In this document: piece after piece, positions 12,011-25,319 of the stretch
How positions within the stretch are numbered: the stretch's first letter is position 1
Layout: each line of letters begins with the position of its first letter
NCBI GenBank assembly: GCA_000934665.2
Contig: JYFJ02002927.1
Span: 1-48,696, forward strand
Direction of reading: 5' to 3'
Length of the DNA stretch: 48,696 nucleotides
From: Catajapyx aquilonaris
Lineage: Eukaryota
Notes under the pieces: model-generated
Database searches by the model: none
The model's input: the letters and a program-made list of their open reading frames with translations, nothing else
What the model was told of the DNA's origin: nothing
Position numbers and translations under genes: made by a program

Positions 12011-13144
12011 ATGTTTCCAGATACATCCTTGACTTGGCCCACAAAATGCGATGGGACCAACACCGGATAATAAAATTTAATTGCGCTACCATGCTGATAG
12101 TGAAAGTATCACAAAATAACAAAGGTCAGGGACTCAGGGTGAGAGGAGGAAAGTAATAGCGATTCTGCACATTTTCACTAATTTAGGTTTAGTGTCACAG
12201 GGCTCGGAACTTCTGTCAGTGGAGTTAAAAGTAGTTGCACAACTTCCAACTTACAGACACATTTTGGCATGTTAAAGTGTCAAACATAGTAATGCATGGT
12301 AGGTTGCTGTATGCCAGTTGATAAATTCTGCATGTAGTTTTGCATAAGTTCATCAATTGCGGTGGCCTGAAATTAAGTTTCAGTCTCACATCATTGTGGT
12401 AGCACATAATTGTCAGAACGGATATTGTTGTCAGCTTCGTATATAGGTGTACATTGCTAATACATGTACAGTACTTCACTAGAAAATTTATAAATTTCAA
12501 TGACATTATTTTTTGCATCCAGAAAGCAGTTTTGTTGACGGTGCAAACTGTAAGTACTCTCACTGACTACGAATAGCCAGAAAAATATTACAGCATTCCA
12601 AAATGAAGTAGCATATTGGTAACCGTGGGAGAAAATTTTAATACCTCACAAAAATCAGTACAGCCACATCATGACACCCATCATAAGCTACACTATCATG
12701 TCGATCGCAGCAGTTTTCGAACCGTGGGCAGGCTTATACCAGGCACTCTCGCCTCTAAGCACATTCCTTCGCATATTGATCTCTATAATCTCGTACATGT
12801 AAAAAAAAATGTATAGGAGGCAAGAAAAGTAAAGGAATGGATCATGGTCTGGCCTGCTTGAAATATGTGCAAAGACCTACCACCTGAATTAGTGAAGAAT
12901 GGCTCAAGACAGTATGTTCTAACAAACGGCAGTTCATAATTATATGCTGGCATTACACAAAGTCTGGACAACTTCTTGAGCACCCAAACCATGGTTCTGA
13001 TTTTGCACCGAGTAATCTTTACTTGTTTCTCCAACTTCTGAAAAATTTAGGCAACTGAGAGCGTGTATACAGTGACCAACAAACGAGAGAATACGTTAGT
13101 CTTTTCAGGTGAGAGAGATCGGCACGAGCTTACAAAATATTGTA

Positions 13145-13306
13145 CAGTGCTGGCCATATATCGAGGCAACCGCCAGCGACATTTTTCCGAAGCGGCAGAA
13201 GAAGGAATCGAAGATAAGCATGCTACAAGCCGGGCGAGCAAGATTCCTTCTTCTGCCGCTTCGGAAAAATGTCGCTGGCGGTTGCCTCGCTATATGGCCA
13301 GCACTG
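13145..13306. mobile_element. Tc1/mariner (Tigger-like) mini-MITE, 162 bp
   Basis: TIRs of ~65 bp starting CAGTGCTGGCCATATA; TA TSD within a palindromic TTGTA/TACAA site. Explains the mirrored ORFs 13047-13356. Confidence 0.9.
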
Positions 13307-14965
13307 TACAATGGTCGGAAAAATGCTTCGATCTACGTGTGGTTTGTGTCATATAACTTACTAGCCGAAGATCTGTGCCACCATCTGCCTATGCTGCTGT
13401 TTGTTAGGAATTTTTTAAAGAAATTTTACGACCAAGCGGTACTTACTGTTGGAATGAGGTAATATATAATTCAATGCCTCCGTTGTCTCGAATACAACCT
13501 TTTCACCGCACATGTAAAACAAAGTAGCCTGCTCCATACTAGATTAAAAAACACTATGCGCCGTTCATAACTTTGGTGCAGCAATGAAACCAAAAACGCT
13601 CGCCTACTATAGAAGCGGGCCCCCAAAAAATGATGATTACCATTGCATGAGGAGAAACCCGCAAAAGCCGTGAAAACTAAATCTGAACGAGTTGATTCCC
13701 GAGCTCACGTTTGAACTACGTGTTTGGAAAGTACAAATCCTGGTGCGCATCCAAACGCTAGATTAACGTAGTGGGAGAAGGGAGGTTAGAAGTAAACGTA
13801 ATTTGCTCTCATTAGATTGTGCACCCTCACGAGGAGAAAAATACGTGGTGGGGAACGCAATAGAACCTAAGTCTTCCTTCCTATGGAACCCAGATCAATC
13901 CGGGACCCAAAAGTAAGTGTAGCCATCTGTATATTGTGTGAGCCATTTAATCCTGGCCGCTAATCAGCATGGTGATCTTTTTGGAGACGTCTGTTTCGAA
14001 TAGGCTTGAAACTGAGTTTCAATAGCATTCATCGGACCGTAATTACCTAATTGACACACCCGAGTTGGCCTTCTGGTTGGAAGCTTTGAAATCCTGTGCG
14101 AGGTGACCGGACAATACACTTTGTCCCAGTCACTACCCATTTTCATTAAATTATATGCACAAGATTCCTCCTGTCACACTGATTTCCAGTTGTCCGTTGA
14201 TCATTAGGAATGGCGTCATGAAGAATACCATGGTGGTACAAACATTACTAACAATGTAGAAATCGAGTCGCCAGCACCAGGTGTTTACCTGCTGTGATAT
14301 AAAGTACTGGTCACTATACACAACACGATTTGATGCCACTGGCAACTATCCATCACCTAGCAGATCAGACGAGTTCATGACCCCTGAACCAGAAATGTAG
14401 CACATGAGCGGCATCATTTATATGCCAGGGATTTTACTTTGCTCGAATTGCTTCTGCACAAAACTGAGCAAAAAGGTTTCGGTAACGAGACGCAAATACA
14501 CTGTCCTAGGGCGCTAATTTAATCTCCGTGTTGAGCAGCAAGTTTGGAGCCAAAAAGAAAGCAAGTTGGATCAGCATAATTTGTGCCTAATCTGCAGTTG
14601 GCACTTTCCCCACCTAGCTTGGGCATTTGAGCTTAATCGAATAACCATTCCTACCTTCTGCGCCAGTAATCTTCCCGAGAAAAGCCCTCTTTTCCTTCTG
14701 GGACACGCAGCCGTGTTTTGCACTTGCCTTATTTTGACTTCTCTTTTTTTCTCTCGACTTCTTTTTTTTCTGCTTTTCTTCATCTTCTTCTTAGCAACCA
14801 AGCAAGCCAACCCCCCTCCTCTTCCATGCCAGGAAACGGAGTGCTATACCAGCAAGAAATTCCTTCTCCTTTTTTGTTTCTCCAGTAATCCACACTCGGC
14901 ATTTGGTGACAGATTTTCTTTGCACAAGAGAATCCGCCTTTTTTTTCTCCTCCACTGGAAGGATA

Positions 14966-14983
14966 CGCCATTTTCGCCATTTT
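14966..14983 (-). promoter_or_regulatory. Tandem YY1-type motifs (AAAATGGCG x2) in a CpG-retaining, promoter-like stretch
   Basis: CGCCATTTT at 14966-14974 and 14975-14983, next to long polypyrimidine tracts. Confidence 0.25.
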
Positions 14984-16429
14984 GCTCAGTTAGGCGGCTG
15001 TTGGCAAACGGCGGATGTCAGCGACAATGCAAACGCCTTGCAATTTCTCAAAGCGAATGCCACTCAAGCCGATTCGTGGCCCGACTCTCTAATAAGCCAA
15101 GAAGCAGCTCCAGACCCCGACCAGCCAGCCACCCAACCAACCACCTACTGTACCACACTCCCATCCAAATGCTGCTGTATCTCAAATGAGGCCAACGGAC
15201 TCCATCCAATCCTCCCTCGCACTTGCAATTTTGAATTTGGCCAGAAAAACCCTTCTCACTTTTCTTCCTGGGCTATACAGTATACAGCTGTATAGTATAT
15301 GGCATATCGATACAGCGCGTTTTTTTAAAACAATTATTCTGGCTGCTGCAGAATTATTGCGGTTAGAGTATTTGATCAACTTTTATGACGTTCATAGTTG
15401 AATGGACTATATGCGACTAATGTGACATTACACTCTTAGCAGGAATGTTTTACTGCGGCGATTAATTATGAGCACGTTTTCGAAATTACTGACAATAATG
15501 CTGCTCGTATGTATGCCGCATAAATTTTTTCAGTTATGAAGTGAGCAGCGTAGGTATTTCAACAATAAAATAGCACACAAAATGCAGTTACAAAATATGT
15601 TTTTTTTTACTGTAGGGGCCTACACTTTTACTAACCCTATACATCTTAATAAATTGCTGATTCCCATTATTCATCTTGCGAAGGCACCCAAAACTGTTCA
15701 GTACTTTAGATTTGAAAGTATTTTCTGTAAGGTCTGTGAATCAATTACCAACGGTTTTTAAAGTGCTCTACAGGGCCGTCAATAAAGTAACCTACAGTAC
15801 GTCACGCTGGTAGGGGATGAGGAAGTTGACGCCAGGGTGACGAACCGTGGGGTATGAAGGTTCAACCGAGCGTGACGTCACGTTAAATAGTGGTCGTAAA
15901 ATAAATGTACCCGAAAATTTAGCGGCTAGTTAAGTTAAAAGTCGATTTTTGTGGAGGAGAAGCGAGAAAGATGGGAGAGGGGACGTATTTGAGAGTAGGT
16001 GGGGAATTTTGAATGCTGCAATCAACATGGCATTCTTTATGGGGAGCCCAGCAATCTAGAACCTATTGTCGCATGCCAAATTGTGAGAAATGTCAATTGT
16101 ATTGTCGTTAGACAGGTAGGCCATGTTTTATGTGACAGGTTAGGTTCTAGCTGAGTTCTAGCAAAACAGGGTCGTAAAATGAAAAGTCGTAAAACAAGGC
16201 CTCTCTCTGTCTAGTCTCTACAGTATGTGTATAAACCCTGCCACAATGCACTACGAAAAACAAAAGAAGTGCCTATAGTGTGTTTGGACTGATGAGAGGT
16301 GTTGCAGCCATGTGTTAATGTTTCGTTTTTGGTCACATTATTTTCATTTTTAAGGTGATTTTGAAAAGATAGTTAAAATGTTAAACATCGTAAAACATGT
16401 ACATTCAAATACATTCTTATCATTCGTAA

Positions 16430-17050
16430 ATTCACTTTCGGATATTTGACTACAATTGCACCACTTATATCTGTCTCAGATTTGCAGAACCTTCCGGTAG
16501 AGAGCACCAATCCAGCCATTTTTGTCCCCACTACTGCATAATGATCTGGCAAATGTCGTGACCCGTCGAATGTTAGTTCCAATCTGATTAAAATCCCTGC
16601 ATAGTATGTAACGCTTGAGGAAGCATGTCCCAGATAATCTGGTTCACACTAGACTGCAAGCTGACCGCAGCGAATCTACTGAGTCGAAATGGAAGTCCTA
16701 CGGTTCCCCTCATGCCTCGAGAGCAATAGAGTTCATTTATTCTTGGGGGGTGCTCGGAGCCCGATCTATCTTTCGACTTTGCCCTCTACCTTAATGTTAT
16801 CTTTCTATCTGGTAAGTGGGTGGAGCTTCATTTCGCGAGGGGCCAGAATACGGGTGCCTGGGCTCTCACTAGAAATTGCCACCGATTCCCACCTAGGCTG
16901 GCGAGTGTCCCGGAGGTGTCATTCCGGGAAGCTACTTGGACATCAACTACGATGAGCTGGAGCCCCCTTTCTTCCACCTCATAGCTCTTCTTTTCCTAAG
17001 TCGGCTGGGAATCATGCCTTCCCCCATATCTAGTCACTCTGCTGCATTTT
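16430..17050 (-). mobile_element. Ancient CR1/L2-like LINE endonuclease fragment
   Basis: Degraded APE motifs in order: RKDNIKVEG (like RKDRxxRGGGV), ILCRDFNQ (like ILCGDFN), GQKWLD/LVLS (like PTRGxxxLDLVLS). Confidence 0.45.
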
Positions 17051-18438
17051 TTTTCTTGTCCCTTTTCTATTTGTCCGTCATCATGATTGGAACTGCTGGG
17101 TACGAAATGGAACTTCAAAAATGAGGGCTGAGTTGTGTTTGGAGGTGCGGTTGTTATTGGTTTATTTTTGTGTATGCAGTCTCATCCAATTTTTAGTAGG
17201 GCTTCTAGGAAATTTTGGTGAGTAAAAAGAGAAAATAATGTATGCTGTATAAACAGCCTTTGTTTAAAAATGCATCAAAAGTTGTACAGTATTTGGTTGC
17301 GGTAGTGCATGTGTGCGCCCAAATTAAGCTTACTTCACCCCAACTCTGCATTATAGATGCTAAAACATCATTAGGAGACCTAGTATCTGCTTGTAACACA
17401 CTTGATCCGCCATCTTTGATTGAGTCTGATTTCGAAAATTACACCTTTTCTATGTGACCAATATTAGAAATCAGAATCGAAGCCAGAAGTTGGTCTCTTT
17501 AGTTGTGTGCCACGGCGAACGTCTCCTTAATCACAGGAGAGTTAGGAGAGTGGCAATTCTCCGTGGAGCGGGTAAGGAAATGGAGAAAGCTAATTCCAGC
17601 CAACTTCCAAGACCAACAAGGTCCCTCGCCACCCTCATCTGGACCCCACCCTCCTCTCCGCCACCTCTCCCTCTCCACACTCCTCCTCCTCTGAAAATAC
17701 GAGCTGCAAAGCTTCATCAAGGCGCAATTTCAGCCAAGACGGAAGAGGTCTCCCAGTTTTTAAAACGCGGCAAACTAATGAACTTAATTTACTGGAAAGG
17801 GAACAATTTCAGTTGCAATAGGAGCAAACCGCTGTTTCGTACCCCGGATAATGTGAATACTTTTGTTGCGAAGGAGGTGTTAAAAGAAGGGGGCTTTCTC
17901 GGGAGAATGCAGTCTCAAATCGATTATGTTCGACTTTGGACGTAATTTGCATAAATTTATTCGACTGCTCCAAAGCACCCTATCTTTCCTTCCGTCCTTC
18001 CTTACTCCCAGAGCGAGCGACCACGACCTCATCTAATGCAATGTGGTGGATTGGGAGAAGAAAAAGAAGAGAGAAAAAAGAAGTGAGAGAAGGCTCTTAA
18101 TGAAGGAGCCCAGGCGTTTGCCACTTATTTGTGCTGGAGGCAAGCTGCGCAAAAGAAGGATGCGCTCCACAAACCTCGCCAATTTTCTTATCTCTTTGCT
18201 ACTACAGACTGATTCGCCACTGGGATCCCTGCTTTCTTTCTTTTTTTGTTTGCACCAGTATTCTAAATCATTGTATACGGAAACAACTAATTATTGGCCT
18301 TAATGGTCTCAAACCCCTTAGACATTCTCATCAGATAGGATCGTCAATTACTTCTTGTTGCAGGATTTGGTGAAGACTGATTTATGGTATGTGGATGTTT
18401 TCAGAATGAGACACACGGTATAAGTATCGATAATTTCA

Positions 18439-18505
18439 GGCAGAGTTGGGGTGCGGTAAAGTATGTGCCCATTGATAGAAGGTCTAGAGTTCGATCCCTC
18501 ATGAG
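18439..18505 (+). mobile_element. Degenerate tRNA-derived SINE head
   Basis: A-box-like GTTGGGGTGCGG and B-box GAGTTCGATCCC at tRNA-like spacing; no intact cloverleaf. Confidence 0.4.
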
Positions 18506-18689
18506 ATTCTCATAAGGCCCTTACAGTAATGAAAATCAATACTACTGGTAGTTTTAAATACCTATAAGCATTGTTGTTTCATTTAATAGGTCTCAAAACA
18601 TGCATGCGACTATCTCTCAATGTACCTCTCCCGTTCAACCCCACGTTAGCATGCTGCAAGCAGAACGTATACAGTATAGCAAAATAGAC

Positions 18690-19000
18690 TGCACGCTTTC
18701 CATGCCCGTGTCTAATATTTGCAGAACAACAGTGGCGCGATGGACGTCAGAAGCCAATTTGGTCACCAACATTCATCATTTGACACTGATCGAAATATGG
18801 CTGGGGAAATGAGGTTTCCTCTAGATGATAATAGTTTGGCCATTAACGAGCCTGGACGTAACGTGGTGCAAATGAGTCCTTATGTCATGTGGAAGACTTG
18901 TAAGGTTTCCTCCCACGATCAATCATGCAGGATGTCGTTATTCCAGTGCTAAACTTGGGCTAACTTGTGCTGTAGCATGCCTCCCTCCGTGGAATATTCA
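18690..19000 (+). mobile_element. Ancient LINE endonuclease N-terminal fragment
   Basis: LTLIEIWL (like IxLTETWL) and CAVACLPP (like CAVYxPP) in the expected order. Confidence 0.35.
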
Positions 19001-21259
19001 AAATCACAATTCACACTCTGTTTACGCCACGTGCCTTCATTTTGTTCCTTTCATATCAGCAGCGATATGTATAGATAGGTCACGTTACTGCAGATGGGAT
19101 GTAGTAGGTAAGGGAGCGAAAATAAATGGTTGAGCGAAAATATTTTGCCGCCAGTGCAGTGGAGTGTACAGTTTGTGCTGTATCTCATGCTGCTGAATTA
19201 ATGCTGACCACTGAACATGTATACGGTGGGGTAGTAAACACCCGAAAGGCCATGGGGACAAATCCAACATAGTTTGCGTGGATCCAGGCTACAAGCACTA
19301 CCTTTTCCCTGTTTGCAGCGTAGTTTTTACTGATTATGACTAATTAATCCCAGCTACGCCGCACTCTCTGGAATTGCGCAGGAGGTACTGTACATGACAA
19401 AGACAGTACACATTACCCAAGACTTGTATTCTAAAAGAAAAAGCAATCACTGAGGTGTATGTATTGAGAAGGCTTCCTTTGCCAACAACATGGAAAAATA
19501 ATCGGTGCTCATTAAAATAATGGTAAAATTATGATTACTTTGAAGTGATGTGTTTGAAGCAAATGATGATCAATTTGTAAAACATTACTTTAGATACAAA
19601 AATGCAATACTATGTGTGCTATGTGCTTTAATTGCTGTATGAGAAATCTGTATATATACGTATAGGATATATATATATATAGGCTATATCATTTTTAACG
19701 GAAAACAGAAAAGGGCAGCAACCTATCTGGACCACTTATGAGCTCAGTAATACGGCACTCTGTGAATTTGAATTTTTACCATTGCTAACTGAAGGCAAAT
19801 GGAAACAGTACCGCAAGGCACATTGATAATGAGCAATGAAATAACCGATGCGATAAAATTTATTCCGTGATGCCAAATCGGATTCGAAAAAGTGTACAAC
19901 TCTAGGCCTATAATTATGCGGTATTCACTTCACTTTCGGCAATAGACATAAGACCTACTTAAAAAACAAGTAAAGTGTAATATCTTCTTCCGCCCGGACT
20001 TTTAAGCATACTTTTACTCATACAGATGCATTTTTTCCATCATAGACTTATCACTGAATGGATGGATTCAATGATGACAACTATCGTGAGTTTTCGGGCT
20101 CCAATCGGTTCCATACATTTCGACGACTGCTTAACATGTCACTCGGCATGATCCAAAATAATGACAGTATACTGTACATGACACCATGATGATCATTATG
20201 ATGATAATTTCGGCAGAGTAACCTCCTGCTGTTCTCACACCTGAAGGTTAATCTTTACCACGTCCTGTTAACGTTCTGTGACAACATGTCACTAGTAGTG
20301 ATTAGTGCATGTATCTGTAGATGGTGAGAGCGCATTTACCACCCTCTAAAAAGAAAGGGCGAGGGGTGAAGAGGAAAAATCGGGGGATTTTCAGGGACAT
20401 AGGCTTACTCCACATTTCCACCCGTGTATGACCCGCATGCTAACTTTCTTCTTCAAGCCACTGGAGCTCTGAAGGACCTCTGTCGTAGGCCAGGAGAGTT
20501 AAAATTCCCTCCCTTGTACAGTATAACGGGGGGGAAACTGCGGAGCTAAAGATCTTGATAACTACCCATCGCAAATGACTGAGATCAGCAACATTCAAAA
20601 GAGGACAAAACGTTAAGAAATGTATGTGTTTAAAAAGTCAGCTGAGCCTATTCTAAGTCGTGCTAAAGTGACATTGAGATAATCCTAGTTAACCTTATGG
20701 ACGATTGATGTCAACATTGGGGACCATTTACACCAAGGTGTACTGTACATATGTATCACGATTAGTTTACTACACATTTCTTGAGAGATCTGGCAGCCCT
20801 CAAATAAGCATGTGGTCAGATTATTATTTCACTCGTGCGCTATATTCCATAAACGCAATGTGTAAGGGAGTCCCGATTAACCCGAAGTGATCGAGATGTG
20901 GCCTTTTTTCCGGTGACTTGGTCAGGTTAGAAGGGTGGTAAGCGTGCAAACATGGCCGAGTGCTCCTTTGCGGAACACTCTGAATGGCCCCAGACTGCGT
21001 ATAATCCCACATAATAACGTCAGCGCGGATGAAATGTACGCATTGTAGGCTAAATTAGTGGCATGTGCAGATCTAAACAGCAAATGCAGCAGAAAACCCG
21101 CATGCGAGAATCAGGATTTCGCATTAGGTGCTCCCCGGCGTTAAAAATGTAAAAACGCCATGCGGGAGGAGTTGGGAATGAAAACAAAGCTGGCTTGTTG
21201 CCCACAGGCTGAAGGAGATGGAACTGAAAGGCTCGTCTATTTTCTGCTCTAGTACTTAC

Positions 21260-21323
21260 AAGTTCAATCGGGCACGTCCCATAAGTCACTTCGATCTCTT
21301 CTTCCCCACACTGCACGACACAT
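21260..21323 (-). CDS. Candidate coding exon (64 nt) of an unidentified host gene: CVVQCGEEEIEVTYGTCPIEL
   Basis: Strong acceptor ctactgtatttcAG, perfect donor GTAAGT, only one frame open (phase 2 in, 0 out). Alternatively it reads through from the ATG at 21361 as a signal-peptide-like MIKLSTIILLYFRCVVQCG. Confidence 0.5.
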
Positions 21324-22887
21324 CTGAAATACAGTAGAATGATAGTGCTTAATTTTATCATCGACTATTATCTTACTGCACCTGTCATATTTGGAGACAC
21401 AACTACAGTTACAATAATAGCCTGGACTAGTAAAAATCATTGGTTTTCCATGTTCGTTTTTGGCTACACCATCATTCAGAGAGGGCACATGGTTTATCGA
21501 CGCAAGAGGTGTGGCATTATTAATCATGACAGGTATATAGAGTTTGTACAGTGCGGGTGTCATAACACGTCGGCCAAAGACTGATATGGCTTTTGGTGGA
21601 AAATAGGTCCAAGGAGGACTCGTCGTCACGTTAATTATATATCACTGTCAGTGCCCGTCAGATAGTCGCAGGAAAGCTCCTTACTGTACAATCGCCCCTT
21701 AATAAATGTTTTAACCGTCTCGTGCGACTGTCGACTTTCACTTGCGCTTGTCCCCCCAATCGATTCTAGCTCCTAGAGAAAACACAGCACACGAACATCT
21801 TCCAGGTGTTCAAACGAAGGACTAGCGGTAATTTTGTCTACATCTGCGAACAAAGACGACAGGATCATAAATCGTCGGACTTTCGGCATTCTTATATGGC
21901 CCCCAGAGCAGGATGGCTGTGCAGTGCGGTGGGAGCACAGATTAGCCTACATTATCAATGATCGATTTTCCATTGGGAACCGTAATGGAGCCTTCTGATC
22001 ACGATGAAGCATTAATCTTCATTGGCCCGTCAGACAGAGGACAGCTCGATCATGAGTCGCTCGATTGGACATTGCTCACGCATCGTGGCCCAAGCCATCA
22101 AATTTCTATTCTGTTCTTTTCTCCCTATCCCCCATGCGCCATCATTGTTTTCCAACCATTGCTTACTACCACCAAACGCGGTTTGTCCCATCCTCCGACA
22201 AAAGACTACTCGTCACGCAACCCTCAACTCTGGGAACCCTCCTTTACTGCATGGTGGTAAACACTTTTCTGTGCCATTTTCGGCAATGGGGGTGTCGCCA
22301 AACTTGTCCACCGGGTTCTGCAACATTTGGTGTCTGTTTGTGTGTAACTTAAAAGGCAGCTCATAATTATCCGTAAAACTATCAGTGAACATCTTGCATA
22401 AGCTATACTAAGTAAAATAAATAAGTAAAATTGTCATAATGTTAGAGAGCCATGATGGGCTTCATGTTCGCGACTGCATCCAGGTATGACATGAGTGCTA
22501 GTGAGAGAAATATTTAGTTGTTACCTATAAATTCCGAAGCAGAATCAATATCATTACCGATAATGCGTTGTTCATAAATTGTCAGTCACGTTGTTGTTAT
22601 TTGATAATAATTAATGCAGTAGGCTAACTCTCGGTTCACCTCCCAGCATTCACTGTATATAGCTGGAGCCATTTCTTGAGTTCTCCTAAATATGAGTTTT
22701 CAAGTAGACTTTCATAGTTCATCCTATAGTTAGTATGTCTCTAAATGTTGTACCATCAATGAAAGATTTAGACATTATTTGGGATTATACGAGAGTAAAT
22801 GATATTTTTTCAAAACAAAGAGGGTTACAGTTTCTGATATATACTATTCGCTATTTGAAAATAGTTGCTGAAATAAATGCCAAAAAT

Positions 22888-23147
22888 CGGTGGTATAGTG
22901 GGTCTAGTGCTACAGCCTTCCACCTCTGAGGTCCCGAGTTCGATCCCCGGGCCGGACAGAGAATACTTATGTGAATAGTGTTTCGATGCCGGGTTCTCTC
23001 TGTGTTCGCTTGGGTTTTCTCAGGGCTCTCCCGTTTCCTCCCGCAATCAAAACCCATCTCAGCACAGGCAATTAGTAAAGTTGGTTAATGAAAAGATGAT
23101 CTCCTAAAGGGCCCAAAGAGGCCTATCACGGGATATCCATTATTATT
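22888..23147 (+). mobile_element. tRNA(Gly-like)-derived SINE with V-domain-like core (family A)
   Basis: Head GGTGGTATAGTGG..GCCTTCCA..GAGTTCGATCCCC; core GGGTTTTCTCAGGGCTCTCCCGTTTCCTCCC; tail GGCCTATCACGGGATATCC followed by (ATT)n. Homologous copies at 36384-36666 and 44560-45126. Confidence 0.85.
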
Positions 23148-23229
23148 CACGGTGACTCCTAGCACACCCTCCCCCCCCCCCCGTACGTACTTCCGGTTTT
23201 AAAAGCAATCACCTATTTTAAAAAGTATA

Positions 23230-23376
23230 CTAATGTACGGAAAACGAATTATCTGACGTCATCGTTTCTTCCATTGTTGCTTTTTGTTGACACTGTTTAC
23301 TCATATTGGTATGTGAGGGTATTTCCATGGAAACCTTGATGACGTCAGATCGCTCTCTCATTTTCCGTACCATTAG
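23230..23376. mobile_element. Old degenerate MITE or inverted repeat
   Basis: CTAATG-TACGGAAAA..ATCTGACGTCATC mirrored by GATGACGTCAGAT..TTTTCCGTACCATTAG. Confidence 0.5.
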
Positions 23377-25319
23377 CAAATACTGGCTCATAAGAACTAG
23401 GCAGTGTGAATTCGCTGTAACATTCTCAAAAATAGCATTTTTATATCCACAGGCATCAAGTGACATGTTTATTCACTATAGGAAGGGGAGCTCAAAGTGG
23501 CATAGACTGTAGCAAAACTGTTTTCTATTTTCTAACAGTACTCATGTGCCGCTATCAGGGGCTCTCATCCAATGCTACACAGGGCATGCAGTATACAGCA
23601 ACACAATAAAAAGCAAGCAAAGACCTCATATATTAATTACTGCAAGTGCACATTTCAGTTTCAACCGTTTTGCAAATATTATAATTGAAGGCAGCAGTAA
23701 GTATAATTTAAAATAAAGCCATATAAAGACCAGACTCTGTTTCGAATCACCATAGAATTTCCAGGCAAAACTTTTTACGAGCAAAAAAAAAAAAGCACCT
23801 GCTGATACGCGCTTCAATCTTCCAATCTGTGTTTGCGACAGTATTCCCTAGCAGATTCGATTGCAGCTGTGCGATAACTGTCGCTGTAACTCGTCGGAAT
23901 CATTGTGAGCAGTATCACGGTGACAAAAATGGTGCGAGTGGTTTGTCGGATAAAGCCGTCAAGTGAACTCTGTTTAGGTGATTAATATTATAAAATGACG
24001 ATAACGCATTAATTACGAGCACGACGTGAAAGAGATGAATGGAAGATTACCTGCTCGTCCGAGCTGCTGACTAGACTGCAATGGAACCACACGCTTTGCA
24101 CATACAGGGGACCCCATATCACCTGATATCACGGGATTCGGGCCATGAAAAACTCGATCAAGAAAGCCAATCCAGAGGCCAAATTGCAAGTTGATGGAAA
24201 TGCAGATTCCGCCATGTCAGACTGCACGCACTCTTGACACTTCGAGTCAATCTGCTCTTGCGACATCACTGGCTACACTTTCCTGCTGAACAAGGACACA
24301 ATCCTGACCCTGCTGTAAAACGGGGCATGTAACTTGTAAAATAGCGTATTGGAAGAGCCTGTGCCTCGAGGTCATGTCGTGTAAATAAGCTATTCTGTTT
24401 TGTAGTAAAATTGCATATTATCTGTAAGGTCTTTCCCTATTCTTCTTCTGTCATCCCATAGGTCCCTCGACTCCCCAATAAACCAACCCAAACTAGTGCT
24501 TTAATAAAATCACTCCAAAGAGAGCGTAATTATGGCCTAATGAATTTGGGCTTTTATCGGGGTAGCCGATGTTCGACCACATTTGTATCAATATTGCTCC
24601 AGTAGTGCACTATTGAGGCGATATGGATCAGAATTTTTGTGTTAGGCCATTCTGCCTCTGAGGCTCATGAGCTACCAATATCCATTATAGATTTTAGGGG
24701 GTTATTGCTGATGCTTCTGGTGTTTAGCCCCTGCCCCGGAATCTACTATTATGCAGTGTATATTCAACACCTAGTTGAAATTTACAACACCTGTGCCTTT
24801 CATGCGTAACCATAGGCGAGTAAGCCGCGAGAGACGGAAGAGCAAGCAAATAATAGTGCTAAAAGGGCCAGGGTAATGTAATCAAAGTTCAAACTGGTAA
24901 AAGCAGTATAGTGGGGCTGGCAATTTGAAGAGTGAAGCAAACTAGCGAGTCTCCCATTTGTGTAGGCGTGAAACTGAGTGAAAAGTCGTGCCCTGATACT
25001 CATCAGAACAAGTCGAAAAATTCACTTTCCGAAGAGACGTGACTTGAGCAATTCCAGGCCGCAGTTGACACGAAAGAGATGGGAAATCGGATAAACGTAC
25101 AGCACATCTGATTAGGCCATAAAATGTCAAAAACTATGCGAGTCTACGACACCTCCCACCTCCCGTTCTAGTGCATGAAAGGAAATCTTCAAGGACCTAT
25201 AAGGACCTCCTGTTCATATGAAGTACTAGAGCAATTCCGACATCTTGCACGCTCAATAGTCACGCAATTTTCTTATTACAGAAGCACCTAAAGTATTTTA
25301 TGGAGTTCAAGTTGTCAGC

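Noticed and set aside
12880..13038. Minus-strand exon candidate KLEKQVKITRCK...FTNSG
   Set aside because: Composition unconvincing, and the phase (0 in, 1 out) does not bridge the two better exons.
14566..15189. 207-aa plus-strand ORF
   Set aside because: Low-complexity F/L/S product of CT tracts, non-ATG start, no domain.
22888..22960. tRNA-Gly gene; also tRNA-like heads at 34996, 36600 and 44635
   Set aside because: Broken stems, continuation into SINE bodies, and tails/TSDs show these are SINE heads.
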